Source of the DNA: Clostridia bacterium
GTDB taxonomy: Bacteria > Bacillota > Clostridia > Oscillospirales > Acutalibacteraceae
DNA length: 64,000 nt
Reading direction: 5' to 3'
NCBI GenBank assembly: GCA_017409265.1
Contig: JAFQSY010000089.1
Span: forward strand, 5,128 to 69,127
This document shows, piece by piece, positions 8,701 to 18,992 of the stretch. Under the pieces are notes generated by a model. That model had not been told where the DNA came from and ran no database searches. It worked only from the letters and a program-made list of their open reading frames with translations. The position numbers and the translations under genes were made by a program. Numbering within the stretch: the first letter of the stretch is position 1; each line of letters opens with the position of its first letter.

Positions 8701-10137
8701 TTAGTTATTAAAAACTACTTCAAAGAAATCAACATCAAATCCGTCATCTTTAAGGTCGCTGTAAACACCGATATTATTGAAGAAACCGTATACGGTTCCT
8801 GCAAATCTTACAAATGCATCAAAGAATGATGGAATAAGCCGATCGGGATGTCCGCCTTCATTTGAAGTTTTAACGATTGAATACTTGTTAAAAGCATCCT
8901 TTTCTCCCTTGTAATAAGAAGAAACAGTTATCGAATCCTTTGTAAAATCAAGAATGTTATAAATTATTCTCTGGTCGGGAGTGTTGGCATAACCAACCCA
9001 TTCTTCATTAAGCCCAAGGTCTTCATCAGTTCTGGGTCTTGTTATTGAACCCGAAACCATAAAAACGGTACCTGCAGGATTGGTCATCATTTCCGAATAA
9101 TCGGATGCAGTTTTATTATTATAAAGAACATTTGTAACTGTATAATAATGGCTGTGACCAAGAAGCATAAGGTCAATCTTAAACTCATCACAAAGAGGTC
9201 CCCATATCATTCGAAGAAGCTCATTCTCGCTCTCTCTGCGGGGGATTCTTCCGCTGTAAAGGTCGTGATGTGCCATCATAACCTTCCATTTGACATCGGG
9301 GTTAGCTTTGATTGCAGACTTCATAAAAGCTCTGTGATCCATGCCGCTTGCATTGTTGCTGTCCATAACAAGGAAAAGGACATCGCCTTTGACGAACCAA
9401 TAGTCTCCGCCAATGTAAGAAGCAACCAGATTGTCTTCCCTCTCATTGGGTACATTATTGAAGGTTTTATAAGCTATACCCTTTCGGTCGTGATTACCTA
9501 TTGTTGTTGCAACAGGAAAGCTTTTCAGCGCAAGCGCTGAAGAATATCCTTTATATTCGGTTTCATATCCTTCGGATGCCTGGTCACCTGCCGAAAGAAG
9601 AAGAGATATGTTCTTTCTTGATGCAGCTTCAGCGAGAGTACTGTTGAACTTTTCGGCAGTTTCTTTAATTCCGTTTTCGTTGGCATCGTCATGACTTGTA
9701 TGAATATCAGTCATATAAACTGCAGAAAAAGTATTGGGATCCACGTCGGTTTTGAAAGAATAAACATTTGACATAAAGCCTTCACTTACACACTGATAAG
9801 AGTATGTTTTGCCAGGCTCAAGGTCAGTAATGGTTACCTTGTTGGAATAATCGCCGTCAGGTGCCGCAACGCAATAGCCTTTAAATTCTTCAGCACCGCT
9901 ACCAATAACAATTCCTTCGTCAACAATAACTTTGGGTTCGCTTTTTGTTTCGGAACACCATGAAACATTCATCTCGCTGTTATTGCTGCCGGGGAAAAGA
10001 ATAACACCGTTATCATGCTCTTCGTTCCAAACGTGCTCCCAAAGCAAATCGTCTGCCGCAAAAGAAGGAACAGCCGCTGTAAAAATAATAAACGCTGCAA
10101 GGATAACAGAGAGCAATTTACTGGAAATTTTTTTCAT
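8701..10137 (-). CDS. Secreted metallophosphoesterase with Fn3/purple-acid-phosphatase N-terminal domain
   Basis: Signal peptide; TDIH, GDQ, GNHD, HH, GHSH calcineurin-like motifs; DLEPGKTYSY Fn3 segment. Confidence 0.8.
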   Translation of the reverse strand: MKKISSKLLSVILAAFIIFTAAVPSFAADDLLWEHVWNEEHDNGVILFPGSNNSEMNVSWCSETKSEPKVIVDEGIVIGSGAEEFKGYCVAAPDGDYSNKVTITDLEPGKTYSYQCVSEGFMSNVYSFKTDVDPNTFSAVYMTDIHTSHDDANENGIKETAEKFNSTLAEAASRKNISLLLSAGDQASEGYETEYKGYSSALALKSFPVATTIGNHDRKGIAYKTFNNVPNEREDNLVASYIGGDYWFVKGDVLFLVMDSNNASGMDHRAFMKSAIKANPDVKWKVMMAHHDLYSGRIPRRESENELLRMIWGPLCDEFKIDLMLLGHSHYYTVTNVLYNNKTASDYSEMMTNPAGTVFMVSGSITRPRTDEDLGLNEEWVGYANTPDQRIIYNILDFTKDSITVSSYYKGEKDAFNKYSIVKTSNEGGHPDRLIPSFFDAFVRFAGTVYGFFNNIGVYSDLKDDGFDVDFFEVVFNN

Positions 10138-10200
10138 AATAATTCACTCCATACAAATATAATATTTTATTTTATCAAATTTCAAAATAATGTCAAGAAA

Positions 10201-10812
10201 TCAAACAGAATAAACAACCATCACAGTTCCATTCACAACGGATATCTCACTCTTGATTCCGATAAATTCATTGCTGACTCCGAGCGGAAATGTGTTTTTC
10301 AGCTCTGCATTAACAAGGGTATATTTAAGACCTTTTTCATTTACTCCGCTGCAAATATCACTATGGGCAAAAACCGAAATATACCCTTTATGCGATGCAT
10401 CAAATTCAATTCTTCCGTTCGTAACTGCGGTTATTACTGTTTCACCGTCACGGACTAACGCTTTTTTACCATTTTGAGAAAGACTTGCAATAAGCTGAAG
10501 ATTTGCAAGCGAATGGTCAAATCTTCCGCCAAGAGCACCATAAAGAACAAACTCTTTGTATCCTTTCTCAATTCCGATATCAACCGCAGCCTGCATATCG
10601 GTTATATCCTTAACGGGATTCAACTTAATTATATTTTCGTTTTGCGGTATTTCACCGAGAGAATCAAAATCGCCGACAACAATATCAGCTTTTTTATTTG
10701 CGTACAAAAGATATTTATATCCGCCGTCAGCGGCAATCACCAAATCATCTGTATTCTCTTTAAAATCAATAACTTTGCAGTCACCTGCGCCGACAATATA
10801 GCAAATCCCCAT
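10201..10812 (-). CDS. thiN: Thiamine diphosphokinase
   Basis: AADGG, GDFDS, KDITD, GGRFDH, GVSNE. Confidence 0.9.
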   Translation of the reverse strand: MGICYIVGAGDCKVIDFKENTDDLVIAADGGYKYLLYANKKADIVVGDFDSLGEIPQNENIIKLNPVKDITDMQAAVDIGIEKGYKEFVLYGALGGRFDHSLANLQLIASLSQNGKKALVRDGETVITAVTNGRIEFDASHKGYISVFAHSDICSGVNEKGLKYTLVNAELKNTFPLGVSNEFIGIKSEISVVNGTVMVVYSV

Positions 10813-10924
10813 TGTTTTTTATTCCTTTGTAATTATTACTGATATATTTTATTATTAATATGTTGCAATGTCAAGATTCTTCATCTATAATAATTGTAAA
10901 GAGCATATCATCCGGAGGTAAGAC

Positions 10925-11605
10925 ATGGAAAAATCAAAACCGATAGCGGAGCTTGAGCTATATCTTGTGCGCCACGGGCAAAGCATGGGCAATGCAGGAT
11001 ATGACAGAGATAATCTGACAATAAAAGAACAAAATGACCCTCTCCTTACTGAAAAAGGACTTATGCAGGCAGACCTCGTCGGTAAAAGCCTCTGCAACAT
11101 TGATTTTGACCATATTTATACCAGCGGTCTTATCCGAGCAATAAGCACGGCTAACGGAATACTTACACATCAAAAAACGTCAAAACCTGTTTATATCCTA
11201 CCTATTCTGTCAGAAGTCGGAATTTCCCCTGAATATGACGGCATATCGATTGACGAAATGAAAAACTACTGCAAAACGGCTGTTCTCGCAGACGGAGTCA
11301 GCGAAAATGACCCAAGAGTATATCACAGTACATTTGAAAATGAAGCTGAAATGTTTGACAGAGCAAAAAAAGTTATGGAACACATGCATTCAAGATATTC
11401 AAGTGGTGAAAAGGTTGCGATTGTTGCGCATGCGGCTTTTCTTACCATTCTTATTTTTACAATTATGGGTTTTGAAGAAGCTCCTGTTTTTGATATAAGC
11501 ATTCAAAATACTGCTGTTACAAAGATTGTTTTTTACAAGCCGGGCACAAATCCATACGGAGATATTTCTTTTGAATATATAAACGATACTTCACATCTTA
11601 AATAA
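10925..11605 (+). CDS. Histidine phosphatase family protein
   Basis: LVRHGQS, SGLIRAIST, IVAH, NDTSHL. Confidence 0.85.
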   Translation: MEKSKPIAELELYLVRHGQSMGNAGYDRDNLTIKEQNDPLLTEKGLMQADLVGKSLCNIDFDHIYTSGLIRAISTANGILTHQKTSKPVYILPILSEVGISPEYDGISIDEMKNYCKTAVLADGVSENDPRVYHSTFENEAEMFDRAKKVMEHMHSRYSSGEKVAIVAHAAFLTILIFTIMGFEEAPVFDISIQNTAVTKIVFYKPGTNPYGDISFEYINDTSHLK

Positions 11606-11609
11606 TCAT

Positions 11610-11646
11610 AATCCGTTACACCCTCAAATGTCGGGTGTAACGGATT
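11610..11646. terminator. Bidirectional terminator
   Basis: 14-bp perfect stem AATCCGTTACACCC/GGGTGTAACGGATT. Confidence 0.8.
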
Positions 11647-11652
11647 TTAAAT

Positions 11653-13119
11653 TTAATCAAAAGCTTTCAAAGATTGTGAAGAATCGGAAACCATAAACTG
11701 TGGGTATTCGTCGCTTGCACCTGCGTAAAATTCCCCGTCATAAGAGAGAAGCCACACAAGGAAATCCGCATAATCTGTTCCGTATGAACCCGAAACATGA
11801 GGTGCACCCTTAATTATATAAGTATATTCAGGGAACAATGCAGTTGAAAGGTCAACCACTCTGTCAGGTGAGATATACTCTGGATTTTCAGTAACGTAAT
11901 TATCGCCGAGTGTTTCGCCGTATTTAGCAACGGTTGCATAGCCGGACATCTGATATGTTTCAAGAATGCTGTCACCGTTAAAATCCGCATTCTCATAAAC
12001 AGGCGCAAGAGGAGCATCGTAATGAGCAACAACAGCAATCCCGACACCGTTTTCAATCATTTCATTGATTAGAGCAGTTCTGTTTTTCATCATGTCCTGA
12101 AGAGCATCCGTACGCTTGAGAAAACCTGCATTTTTTGCTGTTCTTCCTCCGAGAACATAGTCAATTGCATTTTCATAATCCTCAGGTTGAGTAAGCCCCC
12201 AAAGAGTAAGCATTCTTCCGAAAATCGGAATAATCGCATCATCATAAATCTCTTCTTTATAATTTTCGAGGATATAGTCGGTAAGCTTTGTCAAAACATC
12301 AAATCCGCCGAAAAAATTGAGGATATCAATAAGTGAAGAAAGAACATTATTATCGGAAACAGTATATTTCAAATAATTATAAAGATTTTCAGGTGCAATA
12401 TCAACCTTGCCGACCATCAAATCAGATGCAACCTGCGCACCGCAGAAAGTTGAAGACATGAACAAACAGCGATTAACCTTTTCGTAACCGTATTCTGTAA
12501 GATAAGCAACAGTCATTATTCCGCCCATGCTGCAGCAAACGATATTTACCTTATCGTGACCCGTATTTTTGATTGCAGTTTCAACTGCTGCGTGAATATC
12601 ATCCGCTACAACATAAGGGTCAAGGCGCCAATCATAGTTGACATAATATGTATGTCCTTCACCGAAAGTTTCAATACAGGTTCTTACCATACCGTATTCA
12701 AAACCTTCACCTGTGCGAAGATTATCATAATTATCTGCACTTTCGGGATATTTCGGAACATCAACATTATAAAGTGAATCTCCGTTCTCATCCATTGAAA
12801 AGTTTTTAAAAATATCGTTAACAATTTCAATAACACCGTCAACAACCTCATCAAGGTTGAACTTCACTATACCCGTTCCGATCGCTTTAAGTACACCTTT
12901 AATTATCATTCCCGCATCGGTATTTATTGCAGACCTTTCATTTTCCGTTCCGTAGTCAACATAAAGTCCGCCGAAATCCATGCCGCGGACAATTATAACA
13001 GGAATATTAGTACATTCATCAGCATTATGAACAGATTCTTCTGTTTCAATTGCATACGCAGGAATAAAAACTGAAAGCATCATCGAAACCGCAAGAAACA
13101 GACTGATTATCTTTTTCAT
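11653..13119 (-). CDS. Secreted LCAT/PLA-like alpha/beta hydrolase
   Basis: Signal peptide; PVIIVRG, YDWRLD, nucleophile elbow CCSMGG, GDSIL. Confidence 0.65.
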   Translation of the reverse strand: MKKIISLFLAVSMMLSVFIPAYAIETEESVHNADECTNIPVIIVRGMDFGGLYVDYGTENERSAINTDAGMIIKGVLKAIGTGIVKFNLDEVVDGVIEIVNDIFKNFSMDENGDSLYNVDVPKYPESADNYDNLRTGEGFEYGMVRTCIETFGEGHTYYVNYDWRLDPYVVADDIHAAVETAIKNTGHDKVNIVCCSMGGIMTVAYLTEYGYEKVNRCLFMSSTFCGAQVASDLMVGKVDIAPENLYNYLKYTVSDNNVLSSLIDILNFFGGFDVLTKLTDYILENYKEEIYDDAIIPIFGRMLTLWGLTQPEDYENAIDYVLGGRTAKNAGFLKRTDALQDMMKNRTALINEMIENGVGIAVVAHYDAPLAPVYENADFNGDSILETYQMSGYATVAKYGETLGDNYVTENPEYISPDRVVDLSTALFPEYTYIIKGAPHVSGSYGTDYADFLVWLLSYDGEFYAGASDEYPQFMVSDSSQSLKAFD

Positions 13120-13132
13120 TTGTATTTACCTC

Positions 13133-13981
13133 TCAAACAAGTTTTATGGAACCGTCTATTTCCACTACGGGAAAAAGGATTGGTCTTTCGTAAGGATTCT
13201 CATTAGGCGAATGCAGTATAAGATACTTATTGCCGTTAAAGTCATCAAATATCATTCCGTGTCCGCCGTTTTCTTCAAACATAGGACTTTCATGGAGCCA
13301 ATTGCCGTTAATTTCTCCGTTATCCGAATAAGCAACCGCCTGAACATAGCCTTTCGGAGTAAAGGTTGACCAAATCATTAGAAGCCTGTCATCTTTCGTA
13401 CGGTACATAAACGGTCCGTCAGTAATAAAGGTTTCTCGTGTTTTATCCGCCCAGTCGGGCTGTGAAGCCTTGAACAAAAGTATAGGCTCTCCGTCAGCGG
13501 CAGTTAAATCCTTTTTAAGCTTCATTGCGTGAATCTCACCGTCTTTAACCTGCTGCCACTCACGGCAGAATATAATATACGGAACGCCTTTTTTATCAAC
13601 ATAAAATGTGCCGTCAAGGCAGCGCCAGCCTATTGGTGTTATTGCGTCTTCGGTAAACGGAAGAAAAGGACCCATAGGTGAATCGCTTTTTAAAATTTGC
13701 GTAGCTCTGTCCCTTTCTTCAGAACGGAATGTAACAAACATATAAAATGAACCGTTATAATGATGTACTTCGGGAGCCCAGATCTCTTTATCCGCCCAGA
13801 AATTCTGAGGAACAGCAAAGCATTCATGGGCATCGGTCCAGTCTTCAAGATCAGTACTCACATATACATCAAGGCCTTCGGCTTTAGTCCATGCAGTTGA
13901 ACCTCTTGTTCCGTAAAGATAATATTTACCGTCATAAGGCAAAACAAACGGATCTCTGATATGTACATCGCTGAATTTCAT
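13133..13981 (-). CDS. Glycoside hydrolase family 43 protein (cytoplasmic)
   Basis: IRDPF, WAPE, CLDG, TDGP, GHG; start moved to ATG after GAGGAG. Confidence 0.85.
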   Translation of the reverse strand: MKFSDVHIRDPFVLPYDGKYYLYGTRGSTAWTKAEGLDVYVSTDLEDWTDAHECFAVPQNFWADKEIWAPEVHHYNGSFYMFVTFRSEERDRATQILKSDSPMGPFLPFTEDAITPIGWRCLDGTFYVDKKGVPYIIFCREWQQVKDGEIHAMKLKKDLTAADGEPILLFKASQPDWADKTRETFITDGPFMYRTKDDRLLMIWSTFTPKGYVQAVAYSDNGEINGNWLHESPMFEENGGHGMIFDDFNGNKYLILHSPNENPYERPILFPVVEIDGSIKLV

Positions 13982-13992
13982 GTTGCTTCTCC

Positions 13993-14850
13993 TCAAAAAT
14001 CAACATCATAATGATGAACAAAAATTCCAATCACCTTATTATAGTCAAGAACATGCATTACAGAACCGTCATCTGAAGGCCAGAAGGTCAAACCCTCTGC
14101 TTCAACATTATCTCCGCCGACATCTCTGACAGCAGCAATTTCCACATTTCCGCTGTTAATATCAACGCTGAGAATGTTTTTGTTGTTTCCGTTATCCTCA
14201 ATATCATTTGAAAGATAAAGTGTACCGTTATAAAACTCTCCGCCCTGAATTCGGTGAATTGTTTCGGAAAGCTTTATTTCTCTGACAAACTTCATTGAAG
14301 ACGAAGTATCATAAACATATACGGAATTAATATCAGTCCATTTCGATGCATAAAGATAACCTGTTTCGCGGTCAACCGCACACCAAGGTACACCGTCATC
14401 AAAAATCTCACGCGGCAGGTCATATATTTCCCCTGTCGGCTCAAGTGTTTCACAATCAAAAACAACTATACAGGGATAAAGGTAATCATCACCGTCTTCA
14501 ACCGATGCATAAATCTTTTCGTTATAAACACTGATTCCGCCAATATGGTTATTCTTTCTTTCCTCACACTTATCGGGAAGAGGATTGACATGGCTGTCAA
14601 CAAGCTCCATATCATCAAAAGTGAACTTTGCAAGTGCAGTAAGGTTAAGAGCAGATATAGAGCCACTTGTGTAATAGTATTCGCCGTCAGTAGTAATACC
14701 CTGACCCATAAGGAGCGCCTTTTCAAAGACAAAGGTATTCTTTGAAACAAGTTCTGCCGTTTCAGAGCTTTTTGCAACGGGACTTGTAAGTAAAGTAATT
14801 ATCAACAGCGGTAGGGTTATTACGGACCATATTTTTCTGATTATAACCAT
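13993..14850 (-). CDS. Exported beta-propeller hypothetical protein
   Basis: Hydrophobic N-terminus; blade-like repeats QGITTDG, HIGGISVY, PWCAVD, IQGGEF, EAEGLT. Confidence 0.55.
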   Translation of the reverse strand: MVIIRKIWSVITLPLLIITLLTSPVAKSSETAELVSKNTFVFEKALLMGQGITTDGEYYYTSGSISALNLTALAKFTFDDMELVDSHVNPLPDKCEERKNNHIGGISVYNEKIYASVEDGDDYLYPCIVVFDCETLEPTGEIYDLPREIFDDGVPWCAVDRETGYLYASKWTDINSVYVYDTSSSMKFVREIKLSETIHRIQGGEFYNGTLYLSNDIEDNGNNKNILSVDINSGNVEIAAVRDVGGDNVEAEGLTFWPSDDGSVMHVLDYNKVIGIFVHHYDVDF

Positions 14851-15039
14851 ATATATTTTCCTTTCTTTACAAATATAATATATAATATCATATTAATGAG
14901 GAAATATCAAACTTCAACATTAAAATCCATTGCCAAAAATAGCTCTATTTTTTTGTTAAGTATTTACAAAAGCTTTAAACTCTGCTATAATACCTTCATT
15001 AAATTCCGTCAAAAAATAAACTATCGGAGGTTAATAAAA

Positions 15040-16572
15040 ATGAAGAATTTCAAAAAATCACTTACCGTTCTTCTTGCTGCTGCAATGCTTTTCACAAGCG
15101 TTCCTTTTGCTTTTGCAGCAAACAATACCGACAACGACGGCTACACAATCACCAACCCCTATACAAACATCAATTGGGAAACAGTCAATCAGTATAAAAC
15201 GGCGCTTCACACCCACACCAACGCAAGCGACGGTGATGATACTCTTACAGAATCAATCGAGCGACACTATGAAACAGGATTTGACGTTGTTTCTATTACA
15301 GACCACGGCGTTTCAGATATGAGCTGGACCGACAGCACTCTCGGCTCAAAATTCATCACAACCGTTATGACCATTTTCGGAAAATCAGACGGAAATCTTG
15401 ATTACCTTGAGCAAAAAGGCGCATTCGCAAACGGCGTAAAATACGAAATGATTAACAACGGCGTTGACGATTATCTTGTTACCGAGGACGGACACGAGAT
15501 CCTCCGTATTCCCTATGGTGTTGAAAACAACGCAGTTTCAATAAACGCACATGTTAACAGCTGGTTTGCAGAGTTTAACGATAATATGCCCAGCGGTTAC
15601 CGCAACGCAATCACAGGCGTTGATAAGGCAGGCGGTGTTTCGGTTATCAACCATCCCGGTGAATATACTCAGGCACGTTATGAGCTTTATCAGGAAGATG
15701 CTTATAACATGGACAACTGGTCGTACAACTACTATATAAACAAATTTTACGGCTACATCAACAAATACGATTCATGCATCGGCATTGATATTAACAGCAA
15801 GGGCGACGGCAGAACAAGATATGACAGAAAGCTCTGGGATATCATGCTTACAAAGGCAGCAGAAAAAGGTAAAACAGTAACTGCAATTGCAACAAGTGAT
15901 GCGCATCAGCTTGATAAAATTGATACCGGCAGCCTTATTGTTCTCGCTCAAACAAAAACATCTGAAAATATCAAAAAAGCTCTCCTTAACGGCGAAATTC
16001 TTCCGCAGAGCACATGCATTGCAAACCGTGACGAAATGGCACAGATTGCAGAGGGAATCAGAACATATTACGGTGAAACCGAGCTTTACAAAACACTTAC
16101 AGAGCTTGTTGCACAATATGATGCCGAGCGCAAAGAAATTGAAAGCTCCTCTGATGACGGCAACGTTGGTGTCAGTTATACTTCACTTGACGACAACGGA
16201 TATCTCGCAACTGAAACAAGGCCTGCTATCAATTCAATCACAGTAAACGATGCTGAAGATACAATAACAATTGATACAGATAACGCACTTATTATTCGTT
16301 GGATTTCAGACGGCAAGCTTATCGCAACAACAAAGGCTGACGACACAGCATTTGACCTTAATGATTACGAAAATGTTATCAAAGGCTACATAAGAGCAGA
16401 GATTTTCGGCGAAGGCGGTATAGTATATACCGAAGGCTTCACCCTTAATGCAGACAAAGCAACCGATGACAGTAATGACTTCATTCTTGACTTCGGATTT
16501 ATGGATTTTCTCTTTGCTATGATTGACAGATACGGCGGACTTATTGCAAGAATCGTTGGAAATATCTTTTAA
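15040..16572 (+). CDS. Secreted PHP-domain phosphoesterase
   Basis: Start reassigned to MKNFKK after GGAGG; signal peptide; LHTHT..SDG, ITDH, HVN, NHP, SDAH. Confidence 0.75.
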   Translation: MKNFKKSLTVLLAAAMLFTSVPFAFAANNTDNDGYTITNPYTNINWETVNQYKTALHTHTNASDGDDTLTESIERHYETGFDVVSITDHGVSDMSWTDSTLGSKFITTVMTIFGKSDGNLDYLEQKGAFANGVKYEMINNGVDDYLVTEDGHEILRIPYGVENNAVSINAHVNSWFAEFNDNMPSGYRNAITGVDKAGGVSVINHPGEYTQARYELYQEDAYNMDNWSYNYYINKFYGYINKYDSCIGIDINSKGDGRTRYDRKLWDIMLTKAAEKGKTVTAIATSDAHQLDKIDTGSLIVLAQTKTSENIKKALLNGEILPQSTCIANRDEMAQIAEGIRTYYGETELYKTLTELVAQYDAERKEIESSSDDGNVGVSYTSLDDNGYLATETRPAINSITVNDAEDTITIDTDNALIIRWISDGKLIATTKADDTAFDLNDYENVIKGYIRAEIFGEGGIVYTEGFTLNADKATDDSNDFILDFGFMDFLFAMIDRYGGLIARIVGNIF

Positions 16573-16581
16573 CTAAAACAT

Positions 16582-16627
16582 TATGCCCCCGAAAAATTAT
16601 CTTATCGGATAATTTTTTGGGGGCATA
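16582..16627. terminator. Long bidirectional hairpin between convergent genes
   Basis: About 20-bp stem TATGCCCCCGAAAAATTATC/GATAATTTTTTGGGGGCATA. Confidence 0.75.
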
Positions 16628-16634
16628 TTATCTT

Positions 16635-17231
16635 TTATACCTCTTTAATATCTATGCCGAGAATAACAACATCTTCAATCGGCTTATCTCCGAAACCGGT
16701 TTTAACCGTTGCAATTGCGTCAACTGTATCCATTCCTTCGATAACCTGTCCGAAAACGGTGTGCTTAAAATCAAGCCAGGGAGTGCCGCCGAGCTCCTTA
16801 TAATCTTCAACGCATTCGGTGGGGAATCCTCTGTCTGAAAGCTGTTCCATCTGCGAAAGAAGTCCGCTGTCAACTTCCCTTGCCTGAACAATGAAAAACT
16901 GGCTTCCATTTGTCCCGGGACCTGCATTTGCCATTGAAAGCGCACCGCGGATATTATGGTAATCAACACTGAACTCATCCTCAAAGCTCTTGTCCCAAAT
17001 GCTCTCGCCGCCTCTGCCGGTGCCGGTAGGATCTCCGCCCTGAATCATGAAATCGGGAATTACACGGTGAAAGATTATTCCTGTATAATAACCGTTGTTT
17101 GCATGTGTTATGAAATTTTCAACAGCTTTGGGCGCTGCATCGGGAAAAAGAAGAATCTTTATTTCTCCGAGAGTAGTTTTCATAACTGCAACTTTATCCC
17201 CTTGCACGGGTGTTCTTATCTGTTTGCTCAT
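16635..17231 (-). CDS. Cyclophilin-type peptidyl-prolyl isomerase
   Basis: [43 protein letters not shown]. Confidence 0.92.
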   Translation of the reverse strand: MSKQIRTPVQGDKVAVMKTTLGEIKILLFPDAAPKAVENFITHANNGYYTGIIFHRVIPDFMIQGGDPTGTGRGGESIWDKSFEDEFSVDYHNIRGALSMANAGPGTNGSQFFIVQAREVDSGLLSQMEQLSDRGFPTECVEDYKELGGTPWLDFKHTVFGQVIEGMDTVDAIATVKTGFGDKPIEDVVILGIDIKEV

Positions 17232-17242
17232 AATTTTATTCC

Positions 17243-18889
17243 TCACTTATTTTCTTCGGGATTATACTTATCCGAAAGCTTTATAAAATCTACCTTCGCC
17301 ATTTTGGTTCTTGGAAAGCTATCCATAATCTCAATTTTTCTGGGACACGAAAATTTGGCAAGGTTCTTTTTGCAATACGCCTGAATCTTGTCAATTGCGT
17401 CGTTGCTGTTCATTGGCTGATTAAGTGTTACACAAAGCTTGACGCAGGGCTTGTTTTTCTGATAACCCTGAACGGCACATGCTTCACCGATAAACGGAAG
17501 CTCAAGAACAACATTTTCAATATCAGCAGGATAAACATTATATCCCGAAATAATTATCATGCGCTTTTTACGGCCTGTAAAAAACACAAATCCGTCAGAA
17601 TCCATATAACCGAGATCACCCGTAAGCACCCAGCGATTACCGGATTTATCAATATATATTCCGTCATCCTTAACGGTATCGTCACCGTTATAATAACCTT
17701 GCATAACAGTATCGCCTCTGACTGCAATTTCGCCTGTCTGACCGGCGGGAAGCTTTTTCTTCATTTCATCCCAGATTTCAACGGTAATATCGCCAAGAGC
17801 CTTACCGATTGAATCTTCACGACTGTTTTCATAAGTATTAACCGTACATACCGACGACACTTCCGTTAAACCGTAGCCTCTGAAAAGTCTTCCTTTTCCG
17901 CCGTATTTTGCAACCTTTTTATTAAACTCTTTGACAAGACGCTCCGAAAGGAAATCACCTCCGCAGAAAACAAGACGGAGATTCTTAAGATGCGGTCCTT
18001 CAAAGCTTTCGGATTCCATCATCTTTTTAAACATATTTGGAACACCGAGAAGAAAAGTAACCTTATGCTTCTTAAGATATTTGTTGGCACTTTCAGCGTT
18101 AAATTGAGGCATCGGAATAGATGTAAAACCGTGTGTCAGCGGGAAATGCATTGCAATTCCGAGACCGAAAGCATGGAAAATCGGCAGAACCATAAGCGAA
18201 TATTCATCGCCTGCTTTATGGGGAACGTCAAGTGTATTAAGCTTTTCGGCAAGACTGTTAAGGTTATTGCTTGAAAGCATAATTGTTTTGCTCTTACCGG
18301 TTGTTCCGCCGCCGTGAAGATAAACTGCAGTTCTTGAGCCGTCATGGCATTCAACTGCCTTGCGTGAAGAACCGATTGAAAGAGCTTTTGTATATTTGAT
18401 GCTGTTTTTAAACTCATTAATCCCCTTGCCCTTTACTTTTTCAAAAACCTTGAAAGCAGGAACAACGGGTGCAATAATATAGTCGGAGTTTGAACAGACT
18501 ATGCAGGGAAATCCGTTTGCATTAAGGACTCCGGCATATTTTGCTGCGAGAATATCAAGAATAAAGATCGCCTTTGATTTTGTTGTTTCAATATTTTCCT
18601 TAAGACCTTCAGGAGATGTCAGCGGATGAACAATGTTGGCAATTACGCCTATCTTATTAAGTGCATAGAAGGTTGTGAATGCATGAACAACATTTGGAAG
18701 AAATACAGTAACAACATCACCCTGCTTAATACCGATTGAGTTGATATACGCAGCCAGTGCATCAATATCTCTCAAAATCTTCGATAGCTTTGTTTTGCTT
18801 CCGAAAGCAAGAACGGCATTAAAATCTCCAGTTTTCTTTGCAGAAACCTTCAAATAATCATAACAAGTCAAATTCATAATCTTTTCCAT
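17243..18889 (-). CDS. Long-chain acyl-CoA ligase (AMP-binding)
   Basis: [34 protein letters not shown]. Confidence 0.85.
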   Translation of the reverse strand: MEKIMNLTCYDYLKVSAKKTGDFNAVLAFGSKTKLSKILRDIDALAAYINSIGIKQGDVVTVFLPNVVHAFTTFYALNKIGVIANIVHPLTSPEGLKENIETTKSKAIFILDILAAKYAGVLNANGFPCIVCSNSDYIIAPVVPAFKVFEKVKGKGINEFKNSIKYTKALSIGSSRKAVECHDGSRTAVYLHGGGTTGKSKTIMLSSNNLNSLAEKLNTLDVPHKAGDEYSLMVLPIFHAFGLGIAMHFPLTHGFTSIPMPQFNAESANKYLKKHKVTFLLGVPNMFKKMMESESFEGPHLKNLRLVFCGGDFLSERLVKEFNKKVAKYGGKGRLFRGYGLTEVSSVCTVNTYENSREDSIGKALGDITVEIWDEMKKKLPAGQTGEIAVRGDTVMQGYYNGDDTVKDDGIYIDKSGNRWVLTGDLGYMDSDGFVFFTGRKKRMIIISGYNVYPADIENVVLELPFIGEACAVQGYQKNKPCVKLCVTLNQPMNSNDAIDKIQAYCKKNLAKFSCPRKIEIMDSFPRTKMAKVDFIKLSDKYNPEENK

Positions 18890-18992
18890 TCACATAAATA
18901 TTTTTTAATCGCATACATTTTTATATTATCAACATAAAAGAAAAATGTCAATTTTTTAAAGAGTGATTTAATAAATCTTTAATATTTAACTG

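Noticed and set aside
8701-10137. True purple acid phosphatase/phytase
   Set aside because: The GDxxY tyrosine is absent (GDQAS), so only a generic metallophosphoesterase call is supported
10813-10924. TPP riboswitch upstream of thiN
   Set aside because: Short AT-rich divergent promoter region without the conserved CTGAGA/ACCTG elements
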